Below, in pieces: positions 1-9,092 of a stretch of 64,000 nucleotides of DNA (its first letter is position 1; each line of letters starts with the position of its first letter). Origin of the DNA: a candidate division NC10 bacterium CSP1-5 (GTDB lineage Bacteria; Methylomirabilota; Methylomirabilia; Methylomirabilales; CSP1-5); NCBI GenBank assembly GCA_001443495.1, contig LDXR01000007.1, positions 51,398 through 115,397 of the forward strand, given 5' to 3'. The translations under genes and the position numbers were made by a program. The notes below the pieces were generated by a model. The model was given only the letters and a program-made list of their open reading frames with translations, did not search any database and had not been told where the DNA came from.

Positions 1-502
1 CATCGTGAATGGGACGGGGGGGCTCGTGGAGGCCATCACGTTTCGCACCATCCTGCTGCGGGATCTCTCGGGGGTGGTTCACGTCTTTCCGAACGGCACG
101 GTGAGTACGCTGGCCAACATGTCCAAGGAGTGGTCGGCCTACCTCATGGATATTGGCGTGGCGTACAAAGAGGATACCGACCACGTCGTCGCGGTCATGC
201 GGCGGGTGGCCGAGGAGCTGCGGCAGGATCCGGTCCTGGGCCCGCTGATCCTGGAACCCATTGAGATCTTCGGGGTGGATAATTTTGCCGATTCTGCCGT
301 CATCATCAAGGCGCGGCTCAAGACGCGGCCGATCCAGCAGTGGACCGTGGGGCGCGAGTATCGCCGGCGACTCAAGAAGGCCTTCGACGCCGAGGGGATC
401 GAGTTCCCTTCCCCCCAGCACTCAATCCGTGTGGGGGAGGCAAGCAAACCGTTACCGGTTCTTTTGAAGCAAGCGGCAGCCGGATCAGGCAGGGCCGACT
501 AG
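1..502 (+). CDS. MscS-family mechanosensitive channel, C-terminal part (5' end lies outside the window)
   Basis: The ORF is open to the window edge. The translation (VFPNGTVSTLANMSKEWS...IIKARLKTRPIQQW...) looks like the beta/C-terminal domains of small-conductance mechanosensitive channels. Confidence 0.8.
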   Translation, partial: IVNGTGGLVEAITFRTILLRDLSGVVHVFPNGTVSTLANMSKEWSAYLMDIGVAYKEDTDHVVAVMRRVAEELRQDPVLGPLILEPIEIFGVDNFADSAVIIKARLKTRPIQQWTVGREYRRRLKKAFDAEGIEFPSPQHSIRVGEASKPLPVLLKQAAAGSGRAD

Positions 503-521
503 CAGGCGCGGACCCTCAGGT

Positions 522-2195
522 TTACAGTTCTCGCCACGAAAGGATCTTGACGTAGTTGAAGATGTTCCCCCCCGGCATGCCCGGGGGCAGGTTCTTCGCG
601 AGATTGGGCATCTGGTACAGGTGCGGCACCTGGCTCCCCATGTCGAGGAACCGGCTAACCACCGCGCCCACCACATGGTACTGTTTGTCGATCGTGACCT
701 GGTTTTCGGCATAGACCGCTGCCGCCACGCGTTTGCTCGCCCTCGTCATGTGGATGCGGTCCTTGGCGATGAGTCCGAGGCGGTCGCCCGTCGGGAAGAC
801 CCCCAGCGGGATTAGGCTGCTATTGATCGTGATGCTGACTTGGTGGGCCCCGGCCGTGCCGGTCTCGTTCCAGTCCGCTCCCGCCTTCTTAGCGTAGAGC
901 GTTCCCCCGGTAATCCCAGTCGTGTAGTACATGGTTTCGATTTTGGTCGGCCCGGTCGTGCCACCCTGGGTGATACTGCCGGGTATCCGGATGATCCCCT
1001 CGACGGTCAACGTATTCGTAGCGCCGTTCCAGGCGAGCCGGTTGGTCCCATTGGAGACGTCGAAGCTCGCCGTGGTGGCATAGATCGTCAGATCACTGCC
1101 ACTGACCGCCGAGCCGGGGAGGACCGGAAGGGGGTTCCAGGAATTGGCGTCCAGGTAGTCCTCGTAGGTCACGCAGCAGACATCGGGCGACGGGTCGGTC
1201 AGCGAGGGGAATGGGATCACATTGTCGGGTGGGACGTCGTATTTTGCGTTGGTCCCGTTGTCGGAAAAGACGTATGTATCCCCAGACGTCCCGGCGAAGC
1301 CGTAATTGGTGTAGACCCCATCCACGCGTCGCTGGATTCCCACGGGGATGGGATTGCCATTTATATCCATGTCGCTCGCGCTATTCCCCACGCGGGCACC
1401 TCCACTGTTCATCGTGATCCTGCCTTCGTTCACCCGGATCTCGGCGTCGAGGGTGGAGGGATTGATGTCGGGGACCTTCCCGGTAAAAATCGGGTCGAGC
1501 GCGTTATACCAGTTGAAGATCCCGGCGGTGCCCCCGAAGTCGGCGGCGACGCCGGTCAGCCCGAGGCCGACTCCCAGGATGTGGACCGAGCCGGCGATCA
1601 CGACGTTTCCGTTGATCCGCGCCCCCGTCCCGCTGCCTCCCAAGAACGCGGCGTTCCCCCAGACCGACAGGTCGCGAACCTCCACCCGCACATCCACCAC
1701 CTTCGTGGCCCCCTGCGGCCCCGTCCCCTCGGAGCGAATGGTGAGCTTGTTGCTCTGTCTCAGCCCCAGCTGGACCGTATAGGTGGAGCCGTCACCAAAG
1801 CTGTCGAGGTTCGCGTTGGTGTACACGGGGAGGAAGCCCCCAGTGGGGATCGGCCCGCCCAGATCGTAACATCGCTGCTGGGGCGGGACCCACTGCCAGG
1901 GGATGGTTGCGGAGCAGTCAGCCGGCGAACCACCCGCGACCGGCGTCGGCGAAGCGAGGTACTGGTTGGTCATCCCATCTCGGTCGAAGGTGGCGTCGTA
2001 CTTCAGGTCGCGGCGGGCTCGCTCCACCCCCATCTCGGCCACGTAGAGGGCACGGGTGGCGTTCCGGTCATTAAAGGCAATCTGGCTCTCGGTCAGGGCG
2101 AGGGTGAGCATAGCGGAGCCGAGGATTGCCACGACGAGCGTGGCCATCAGGGCCACGATCAGGACGGCGCCTGTGTTGTTCTTCGTTGTATGCAC
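522..2195 (-). CDS. Large PilX-N-terminal-domain protein, GspK/PilX-position member of a minor-pilin-like operon
   Basis: GTG 2195 lies 9 nt after GAGGAG and just after the TGA of the upstream gene. The N-terminus NTGAVLIVALMATLVVAILGSAMLTLALTESQIA is a PilX_N/GspK-type hydrophobic helix without a G|FTLxE cleavage motif. The remaining ~500 aa are Gly/Thr/Asn-rich and probably beta-rich. Confidence 0.6.
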   Translation of the reverse strand: MHTTKNNTGAVLIVALMATLVVAILGSAMLTLALTESQIAFNDRNATRALYVAEMGVERARRDLKYDATFDRDGMTNQYLASPTPVAGGSPADCSATIPWQWVPPQQRCYDLGGPIPTGGFLPVYTNANLDSFGDGSTYTVQLGLRQSNKLTIRSEGTGPQGATKVVDVRVEVRDLSVWGNAAFLGGSGTGARINGNVVIAGSVHILGVGLGLTGVAADFGGTAGIFNWYNALDPIFTGKVPDINPSTLDAEIRVNEGRITMNSGGARVGNSASDMDINGNPIPVGIQRRVDGVYTNYGFAGTSGDTYVFSDNGTNAKYDVPPDNVIPFPSLTDPSPDVCCVTYEDYLDANSWNPLPVLPGSAVSGSDLTIYATTASFDVSNGTNRLAWNGATNTLTVEGIIRIPGSITQGGTTGPTKIETMYYTTGITGGTLYAKKAGADWNETGTAGAHQVSITINSSLIPLGVFPTGDRLGLIAKDRIHMTRASKRVAAAVYAENQVTIDKQYHVVGAVVSRFLDMGSQVPHLYQMPNLAKNLPPGMPGGNIFNYVKILSWREL

Positions 2196-2208
2196 CGTGA
2201 CTGTCTCC

Positions 2209-2949
2209 TCACATATTTCGCAGGCGGACGTCCGAAACCAGGCGAAAGTCCTGCGTCCCAGCCATTGGCGCGACATCTTCGGTCTCCACCTGAATGACGA
2301 TGCGCTGGATCCGCATCAGGTCCGCCGCCGCGACAGGGGAGGCCAGCTCTTTGAACTTCAGATTGGGATTGGGCTCGGCCGCATCGTAGTAGAAGTAGCG
2401 GAAGACCGTCGTGAGCGCGGGGTCGAGCTGCTCGGCGATGGGCGGGGGCTCGACGCACGCGTTGTCGGCAGGCGGCGCCATGAAGTTGGGCGGGAGCACG
2501 GCCGAATCCCAGACCCACGCTTTTCGCCGGAGCTGGCGGCAGGTCGCGTCGTATGTGTACCCGATCATGTCTCCCCACCCATCGGGCCCCGTCCCCGCCG
2601 GGTTGTTGACATCGGCGATGAAGCGGATGCCAGTCGCCGTAGCGCTCTGGATCGCCCGCTGCGTGGTGGCGGGGGTGGTCCCGGCCCCCAGGAGGGGAGT
2701 GGTATGGTTCGGATCGTAGCCGACCATCCGAAGCTCCCGGGAGATGAGCTCGAGCGCCGCGCGGGCATTCTGTTGGATGGAGACCTTCACTTCCCCTTTG
2801 GCATAGGTCACCCGGTTGGTGGCGAACATCTGGAGAATCGAGAGCAGGACGATGGCGAATATCCCAACGCCGATCAGGGCTTCCACGAGGGTGAAGCCGG
2901 CCTCTCCCTTCCTCTCTGCATCGTGAATGTTCATCACGCCTGCGCTCAT
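2209..2949 (-). CDS. PilW/GspJ-like minor pilin (prepilin-type N-terminal cleavage/methylation domain)
   Basis: The prepilin motif GEAG|FTLVEALIGVGIFAIVLL is present. I chose the ATG at 2949 because it overlaps the upstream stop as ATGA. The size (~246 aa) fits PilW/GspJ. Confidence 0.7.
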   Translation of the reverse strand: MSAGVMNIHDAERKGEAGFTLVEALIGVGIFAIVLLSILQMFATNRVTYAKGEVKVSIQQNARAALELISRELRMVGYDPNHTTPLLGAGTTPATTQRAIQSATATGIRFIADVNNPAGTGPDGWGDMIGYTYDATCRQLRRKAWVWDSAVLPPNFMAPPADNACVEPPPIAEQLDPALTTVFRYFYYDAAEPNPNLKFKELASPVAAADLMRIQRIVIQVETEDVAPMAGTQDFRLVSDVRLRNM

Positions 2950-3398
2950 TGGGCCACCCGGGCGTCGAGCCGGAGGGTCTTGGTTCCGAACTGCCCCTCG
3001 ACCCACTCCACGATGATGGTGATGTCGGCGAATCGGTATGGGGAGGTCCCCTGAACCCGCAGCCATGTCCTCCGGGTGAAACTATAGCCGTCTCTCACCA
3101 GGGGGGGAACGATCGTCTCAGTCTCCGAGGGTGCGCCACCAGGGGGCACCCCGCCCGTGTTCAGGCAAACGAGATCGGTAGGCGGAGCCGTGCAGCCTCC
3201 AGCGAGGTCAAAGGGGAGGTGCCGGAGGACCTCAATCTTTTGCTGCCCCAGGTCCGCCGCCGTGGTCATCCCACCGCCGTAGGCAATGTTCTGATAGCCG
3301 GTGGGGAACAGGCTGGCGAGGGCCAGGAGGGCCACACTGAGGATCGCCGCGGCGAACAGTACCTCGATCAGGCTGAATCCGTTCTCCCTTCTTCGCAT
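2946..3398 (-). CDS. PilV/GspI-like minor pilin
   Basis: MRRRENG|FSLIEVLFAAAILSVALLAL is a classical prepilin leader plus hydrophobic helix. The protein is 150 aa. Confidence 0.7.
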   Translation of the reverse strand: MRRRENGFSLIEVLFAAAILSVALLALASLFPTGYQNIAYGGGMTTAADLGQQKIEVLRHLPFDLAGGCTAPPTDLVCLNTGGVPPGGAPSETETIVPPLVRDGYSFTRRTWLRVQGTSPYRFADITIIVEWVEGQFGTKTLRLDARVAQ

Positions 3399-3419
3399 GG
3401 CTTCCCCGTTCCTCCGCTG

Positions 3420-4016
3420 CTACTGCACTCGGACGTGGCCGGTCGCGGGTGCAATCGAGATCTGCCGCGTCTGTCCTGTACTGTCTTTGGTAATCACGAG
3501 AGGGCTCACCCCATCAAAGCACTGAGTGAGCGGCATGCACATCTTCCCGGAGGAGTCGAATCCCGCGTAAAATGGGGGGTTACTCCCGGTCCCGCTGTTG
3601 TCGAGTTGAATGCCTGGATAGCTCGCGGCGAGGTTGATCCATGCCCCCACGAACAAGTCCGCCGTCTGCTGCGGGGTGTCCGCCTCGGCCGGCCAGGCGA
3701 TCGCAGGCGTGCGGCGGCCCTCCACGCGATACCGGTTAGCGTTGGCCCCGCCGCGCCGGTCGCGGCCGCGGATCCGGTACTCCCATCGGGTGGTCACCGC
3801 CTTTGACCGGGCCAGGCGCATGTCTCCCACCACCTGTCTCACCGCCGCGCTAAACCTGGCGCTTTCCACACTGGTCATCATGACCGGTAGGCCGGCCCCC
3901 ACCAGGATAACAGCCAAGGCCACTGCCCCTACCATCTCAATGGCCGTGAACCCCTGGCTTCCCACGTGGCGGGTCCGTTTTCCTATCGGTCTTTTATTCT
4001 CAAGCCCTGTTCGCAT
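3420..4016 (-). CDS. FimT/GspH-like minor pilin
   Basis: The prepilin motif GSQG|FTAIEMVGAVALAVILV is followed by ...ARFSAAVRQVVGDMRLARSKAV, which is typical of the GspH/FimT family. Confidence 0.7.
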   Translation of the reverse strand: MRTGLENKRPIGKRTRHVGSQGFTAIEMVGAVALAVILVGAGLPVMMTSVESARFSAAVRQVVGDMRLARSKAVTTRWEYRIRGRDRRGGANANRYRVEGRRTPAIAWPAEADTPQQTADLFVGAWINLAASYPGIQLDNSGTGSNPPFYAGFDSSGKMCMPLTQCFDGVSPLVITKDSTGQTRQISIAPATGHVRVQ

Positions 4017-4043
4017 CGGTTACGTCCGACGGATGACTTGCCG

Positions 4044-5753
4044 TTAGGCCTGGGACCATCGGCCTTTCAAGGTGAGGATCCCCCGTGGCGTCCCGGGGGG
4101 AACGGTGGTGTTAAACAGCGTGTCATAGCCCCAGACGCGGTTGGGCGGGTTGTAGTAGTTGGTCCCCGAGTTTCCGCAGCAGCGCCAATCCCCGGTGGCC
4201 TGGTCGCTATGCCACAGGGCGATGATGGAGCCGTTGTAGGTGAAGGTGTCGCCGCTCCAGTTCTCGAGGAAGCGGATGAGGTTCTCTAACTGGCCGTTGC
4301 CCTGTCCCACCGCCGACTCGCTGTCGGGCCCGAGGGCGAAGGCCGCATTCACCGTCGTGTTCGTGGCCGGCCGGTTCGAGGTCACTTGATTGCCCTTCGT
4401 ATCCGAGTTATTCGGCCCCCAGTTGTTGGAGAGGACGGTGATGGCGTCGCCTAACACGGCCGCCGGGACCTTGTTCACCGTGTTGTAATTCCCCTGGATG
4501 TAGATCGGATTCTCGGAGACGACGGTGAACCCCTGGCTCGGGAGCTGGGTGCCGTTTACCAGGCGGACCCCCTTATCCACGCCATCCCGGGACACGTAGA
4601 GGATCCCGTTCGCCGGCGCCTTGCCGCAGGTCTGCAAGGTCCCGACGTTGACCTCGGTGACGGTCATGGTGGCCTCTTCACGCTTGTCGTAGAAGCTCTG
4701 GGTGGTGACGTTACAGCCCGAGATGTCGACGGGGTTATCGTTCTTATCCTTGGCCGTCGTGACCCCGGCCGTGTCCGTTGAGATCTTGAGGTCTGCCTGG
4801 TAATAGAGTTTGGCAGCTTGCATCGCGGCGGAGTCCGCGGCTATCCCCTTCTCGATCATCTGATGGGAAACGACATCCGGGTTGGCCGGATCGTAAAAGA
4901 GATCCGGAATCGGCGGGATGATCTCCTGGACCCCCATGGTGCTGTCCCGGAGGAGGCCGCCGAAGGTGCTCACCGCCGCATTCATCCATTGGAGAGGCGT
5001 CCACGGGTTATTGAAGTTTTGGTCGTACTCGTGATCGAAGTTGAGGGCCTGATACGCCCCGGCGGCATCCTTCATCTGGGGGTTGCTCCCCCGCGTCGTC
5101 GGATCGCGCTTGAGGTAACGATAGACGTCGCCGACCGTAGTCACGTACGAGTCGAACTGGGTGCTACTGTTGATGACATAAATGTTGCTGTTCGAATGGA
5201 CCCGGCCGTTAAAGGTCATGGGCGGGCCGGGCGCGATCTCCAGGTCCACCCCTCGCCCGTAGAGGACGCCGAACTGGAAGAGGGGGACCTCCATGTACTG
5301 GAAAACCTGGGTGAGCCGGGACCGGCTTCCCCGGGGCCCCCGCACCTCGGCGGTGATCTCGTAGTCGGTCGTCTGGGCGACGAGTCCCGCGTACGCGCCA
5401 CTGCTGATCGTCGTGGCGTACGGCGTGGGCCTGATGCGCTGCACCTGGAAAGTGTTGAAGGTGTAGTTCGGATCGGTCAGCGCAGGGGCGGCGAGGGCGG
5501 CAAGCTGCCAGTCGGCGGGGTTCGGAGCCCCGGCTAAGAGATTCCGGAGACTCACGATCCCCGACTCGAGCCCGGCCTCGGCCCCGTAGAAGGTCTGGGT
5601 CTGATTTCTATAGTTGCCGGCAATGGCATCCTCGGTCTGGGCCGTTGCAAGGAACGCTATCCCCTGGACCAACAAAACAGCCATGATCAGGAGAGTGGCC
5701 ACCAGGACCACCCCTCTTTGCTCGTTCACTGTGTGTGTAATCCGCCGTGTCAT
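4044..5753 (-). CDS. Large PilX-N-terminal-domain protein, first gene of the minor-pilin-like operon
   Basis: ATG 5753 is preceded by AAGGAG with a 7-nt spacer; the track's TTG at 5780 is less likely. The N-terminus is QRGVVLVATLLIMAVLLVQGIAFLATAQTEDAIAGNY (PilX_N-like). The remaining ~530 aa have no motif I recognise. Confidence 0.6.
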   Translation of the reverse strand: MTRRITHTVNEQRGVVLVATLLIMAVLLVQGIAFLATAQTEDAIAGNYRNQTQTFYGAEAGLESGIVSLRNLLAGAPNPADWQLAALAAPALTDPNYTFNTFQVQRIRPTPYATTISSGAYAGLVAQTTDYEITAEVRGPRGSRSRLTQVFQYMEVPLFQFGVLYGRGVDLEIAPGPPMTFNGRVHSNSNIYVINSSTQFDSYVTTVGDVYRYLKRDPTTRGSNPQMKDAAGAYQALNFDHEYDQNFNNPWTPLQWMNAAVSTFGGLLRDSTMGVQEIIPPIPDLFYDPANPDVVSHQMIEKGIAADSAAMQAAKLYYQADLKISTDTAGVTTAKDKNDNPVDISGCNVTTQSFYDKREEATMTVTEVNVGTLQTCGKAPANGILYVSRDGVDKGVRLVNGTQLPSQGFTVVSENPIYIQGNYNTVNKVPAAVLGDAITVLSNNWGPNNSDTKGNQVTSNRPATNTTVNAAFALGPDSESAVGQGNGQLENLIRFLENWSGDTFTYNGSIIALWHSDQATGDWRCCGNSGTNYYNPPNRVWGYDTLFNTTVPPGTPRGILTLKGRWSQA

Positions 5754-5824
5754 CTCTGGACTCCTTCGTCTGAGCCTCAATCCGTTAGACTCGGACCCTC
5801 GGAGGTTGTTTATGCCTGAGAGAA

Positions 5825-5840
5825 AGCAGGGGGTGTGCCA
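5825..5840 (-). promoter_or_regulatory. Sigma-54 (-24/-12) promoter for the minor-pilin-like operon
   Basis: The minus strand reads TTGGCACACCCCCTGCTTT. This gives TGGCAC-N5-CTGC with exact GG/GC spacing, about 70 nt upstream of ATG 5753. Confidence 0.6.
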
Positions 5841-5946
5841 AGGACCTCCGTGTAATTAAGTGATTGATTTATATGGGGAAACAGGCCTATCGCGTTGATG
5901 GCGGCGGGAGAGAGAAAGGGAAAAAACGAGCCACAATGTCAGGGGG

Positions 5947-7359
5947 TCAATTGAGGCTGGACTTTTTGTCAGGGAGGACGTTGTTCAGGCCGTAGGCTTT
6001 GATCTTGCGATACAGGGTCCGTTGAGAAATCCCCAGGAGACGGGAGGCGGCGGCCTTGTTCCCATTGACCTCTCGCATGGTGGCCAGCAGGGCCTGGCGC
6101 TCGATCACCTCCATGGAGGTCCCGACCGCAAAGGTCAGAGAGCGTTCTGAGGTGAGCTGCCGGAGGTTGCCGGGGAGGTGCTCTGGCCGGATCGCCTCGC
6201 CCCGGACCAATACCACCGCCCGCTCGATACAGTTTTCGAGTTCCCGGACATTGCCCGGCCAGTCGTAGTCCATGAGCAGCGCGAGCGCCTCCGGCGCGAT
6301 CTCCCGGACGTCCCGCTTGAGCCGCTTGCGGTACATCTCGAGGAAGTGCTCGGCCAGGAGGAGGATGTCCTCCCGGCGCTCCTTCAGCTCGGGCAGGTGG
6401 ACGCCGATGACGTTCAAGCGGTAATACAGGTCCGGCCGAAATCGCCCCGCCGCCATCGCCTGGGTCAGGTCCTGGTTGGTTGCGGCGACGATCCGGACAT
6501 CGACATTGATCGACTGCTCCCCCCCCACCGGCTTGACTTCCCCCTCCTGGATCGCGCGCAGGAGCTTGACCTGCATGCCGGGGCTGGTTTCACTGATCTC
6601 GTCGAGGAAGAGGGTCCCTCCATCCGCCTCCTTGAAGAGTCCCCGCTTGGTGGCGATGGCGCCGGTGAAGGAGCCGCGGAGGTGCCCGAACAGCTCGCTC
6701 TCGAGCAGGGTTTCGGTCAGCCCCCCGCAGTTGACGGCTAGGAAGGGGCGGTCCTTCCGGGGGCTGTGGAAGTGAAGCGCCCTGGCGATCAGCTCTTTGC
6801 CGGTCCCGGTCTTGCCCTGGATGAGGACCGTGGCCTCGCTCCCCTCGAGATCCGCGATGAGCCGGTAGATCTCCTGCATGCGGGGGCTCTTGCCCAGGAT
6901 ATTGTCGAACCGGTGCCGCTCCTCGAGCTGGCGCCGCAGGTAGAGGTTCTCTTGCCGCAGGTGCTGCTCCTCGATCGCCTGCTTGACCAGGTGCATGACC
7001 CGCTCGGTGGTCACCGGCTTGGTGAGGTACGCATAGGCCCCTATCTTGATGGCTTCGACGGCCGAGTCGATCGAGCCGTGGGCGGTGGTGATGATCACAG
7101 GCAGGCCAGGAAGGCTGGCCCGCACCGCCTTCAGGAACGCCAGGCCGTCCATACCCGGCATCACGAGATCGCTCATGACGAGATCGACGGGCACGGCCTG
7201 GAGGATGCCCAGGGCTTCCTTGCCGCCGGTCGCGGTGAGCACCTGATAGCCGTGGCTCCCCAGGATCGTTTGGAGCAGCTCCCGAGCGACGGCATCATCG
7301 TCCACCGCCAGGATCTTGATCTTCTTTGGATCGACCTTCACCCTTGGCTCCTGGGCCAT
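5947..7359 (-). CDS. Sigma-54-dependent response regulator (NtrC/PilR-type: REC + AAA+ + Fis-type HTH)
   Basis: REC domain: KILAVDDD...DLVMSDLVMPGMDG. Walker A is GKTGTGKE. A GSFTGA variant stands in for GAFTGA. GGTLFLDEISE and WPGNVRELEN are present, and the C-terminus carries the HTH AAASRLLGISQRTLYRKIK. The start is uncertain (ATG 7359, or up to 7464). Confidence 0.9.
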   Translation of the reverse strand: MAQEPRVKVDPKKIKILAVDDDAVARELLQTILGSHGYQVLTATGGKEALGILQAVPVDLVMSDLVMPGMDGLAFLKAVRASLPGLPVIITTAHGSIDSAVEAIKIGAYAYLTKPVTTERVMHLVKQAIEEQHLRQENLYLRRQLEERHRFDNILGKSPRMQEIYRLIADLEGSEATVLIQGKTGTGKELIARALHFHSPRKDRPFLAVNCGGLTETLLESELFGHLRGSFTGAIATKRGLFKEADGGTLFLDEISETSPGMQVKLLRAIQEGEVKPVGGEQSINVDVRIVAATNQDLTQAMAAGRFRPDLYYRLNVIGVHLPELKERREDILLLAEHFLEMYRKRLKRDVREIAPEALALLMDYDWPGNVRELENCIERAVVLVRGEAIRPEHLPGNLRQLTSERSLTFAVGTSMEVIERQALLATMREVNGNKAAASRLLGISQRTLYRKIKAYGLNNVLPDKKSSLN

Positions 7360-7547
7360 GCTCCCATGTCCCCGGCCGATCTCGAGCGCCCCGGGTGGGC
7401 GGCTTGGATCGGTCGGAGCAGGCATGGGAAGCCCGGCGTCTTCCGGTAGCAAGGATCGGGCCAAAGTGGAGCTCCGCAGCAGCGCGCGAATCGCTTATTC
7501 GGCCGACGGTTAGATTCTGTCCGGCGGAGGGGCTTGGGAGGCTCGGG

Positions 7548-8477
7548 CTACCGCTTCAGGAGGCGGGCAAGATTCCCGCCGAGGATCTGGGCAACCTGGG
7601 ATGAGGGGATCTTGAGCGCCTGGAGGACCGTGATCTGCGCATCGAAGATGTCCTTGCGCCAGCCTCGGGGGAAAAAGCTGGAATCCGTTCCAAAGAGGAT
7701 CCGGTCCGGCCCGAGAATGTCGAGGGCCTTCGCGAAGAGGGTGGACAGGTCGAGAGGGTAGGGCGACAAGCGCACCCAGTCGTTCGAGCTCGACGTATCC
7801 GCGTAGATGTTCGCGCACTGGTCGGCGACGAGCAAAAGCTCCCGGAAGTAACCGCACCCGAAGTGGGGAATGACAAAGGGGAGGTCGGGGAAGGCCTTGG
7901 CGACGCCATGGAGGTCCACCGGGTTGGCGAAGCGCATGTCGAACCGGCTGGGAAGACCGAGCTTGTCCCGGACGCCAACCTTCAGGTGGCCGCAGTGGAC
8001 AAAGACGATGCCGCCATGCGCGGCGACGATCTCGTAGATGGGGAGGAGCCGCGCCTCCCAGAGATGAAAGCGGTGCATGGCCGGAAAGAGGCAGGCGCCT
8101 TTGACGCCCAGCTCGGCGAACGCCCGCTTGGTTCGGGCGGGCGCTTCATCCGTTGTAGGGTTCAGCATGAAGTAGGGGATGATCCGTTCGGGGTAGGCCC
8201 GGGCTGCCGCCGCGACCGAGTCCTCGTCGCCCGGGACGCTGGCGATCAGCACGATACGGCTGATCCCGTGTCGGTCCATCTCGGCCACCCAGCGGTCTGC
8301 GAGGCGGACTGGATCGGTCTGGGGAAACTCCCAGGGGAGGCGTTTTCGCAGCGTCGGGTAGACATCGGACTCCGACGGGGATTCGGGGAGCTCTTTGGCC
8401 AAGGTGGCGAAGAACCGGTGGGAGAAGAAATGGGCGTGCGCGTCGATCACCGGAATCTGGCCGAACGGAGTCTGCAT
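7548..8477 (-). CDS. Amidohydrolase-2 (ACMSD-like TIM-barrel metal hydrolase) family protein
   Basis: IPVIDAHAHFF, ...VFVHCGH..., ...HFGCGY... and ...FGTDSSFFPRGW are present. ATG 8477 is preceded by GGAGGGAG. Confidence 0.8.
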   Translation of the reverse strand: MQTPFGQIPVIDAHAHFFSHRFFATLAKELPESPSESDVYPTLRKRLPWEFPQTDPVRLADRWVAEMDRHGISRIVLIASVPGDEDSVAAAARAYPERIIPYFMLNPTTDEAPARTKRAFAELGVKGACLFPAMHRFHLWEARLLPIYEIVAAHGGIVFVHCGHLKVGVRDKLGLPSRFDMRFANPVDLHGVAKAFPDLPFVIPHFGCGYFRELLLVADQCANIYADTSSSNDWVRLSPYPLDLSTLFAKALDILGPDRILFGTDSSFFPRGWRKDIFDAQITVLQALKIPSSQVAQILGGNLARLLKR

Positions 8478-8520
8478 CGTCTCCCTCCGACGATGTGGGC
8501 GCTCCCACGAAGGCGTCTGG

Positions 8521-8549
8521 ATTATATCGGTCGCCCTTGCCCTTTGCAA
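8521..8549 (-). promoter_or_regulatory. Sigma-70-type promoter of the amidohydrolase gene
   Basis: The minus strand reads TTGCAA-17 nt-TATAAT. That leaves about a 37-nt leader to ATG 8477. Confidence 0.5.
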
Positions 8550-8867
8550 CGAAGTCTGTCCGGCCGAGGAGGACTCGGGGAACGGAACTATGAAAAGCAC
8601 GCACGTTCGGCCCCTCCCTCTCAGCCTCCCGCGGCGACTTCCGTGGCCAACGGGTCCTGTCGTCGGCCACCCCAGCCGTCCTCGGAGACTTCACGCACCA
8701 TTATTCCATCAGGCAGGAAACAGCGGTGGCGAAATTCTCCTCCGGGCGGCTGGGCGCCCGGCCTCCGCCACCCGTTGGCCGAAGTCCGATCGTCCGCCGT
8801 CCTGCAGATTCGGCGTTCCTCGCGAACTCGTCTCTCCCTTGGCTTCCCCCTGAGCGGTACGTGTAGG

Positions 8868-9072
8868 CCCCGAGCGACATTGCCGGAAGCGGCGGGGCCC
8901 CTCGGCGGGCGGCGGCCTGGGAAGCCGAGGCGCGATCCGTGCGGTGCTTGCTTGCACGGATCGTGAACACGGAGGGACCCAGGCCGTAAGCCGGCGATCA
9001 GGGTCGCCGCGAGAGGCCTGGAGCGAGAGGCCAAACGTGCCGCGTCGCTCATCTCTCGGCAATGTCGCTCGG
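8868..9072. repeat. Copy A of a GC-rich intergenic repeat (163-nt core 8868..9030) bracketed by a perfect 15-nt inverted repeat
   Basis: By hand alignment the core is ~89% identical to 27049..27211 in the same orientation. CCGAGCGACATTGCC (8870..8884) is the inverse of GGCAATGTCGCTCGG (9058..9072). Internal stems are 8899..8905/8924..8930, 8934..8942/8954..8962 and 8979..8985/9015..9021. Confidence 0.7.
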
Positions 9073-9092
9073 AGCCTGCAGGTGCTGTGCTG

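Noticed and set aside
840-2297. Long ORFs antisense to or overlapping confident genes. Examples: 840..2297 +, 7863..8966 +, 22452..24152 +, 25833..26870 -, 27179..28717 -, 36845..38629 -, 44088..45497 +, 47445..48686 +, 63017..63958 -.
   Set aside because: These are typical shadow ORFs of GC-rich DNA. Their translations are rich in Arg, Pro, Gly and Ala, carry no motifs, and lie opposite genes with clear family signatures.
8395-8853. ORFs filling the long gap upstream of the amidohydrolase gene (8395..8853 +, 8146..8694 -, 8709..9359 -).
   Set aside because: Their translations do not look protein-like. Their apparent similarity to ORFs at 26843..27332 comes from the shared nucleotide repeat, not from coding conservation.
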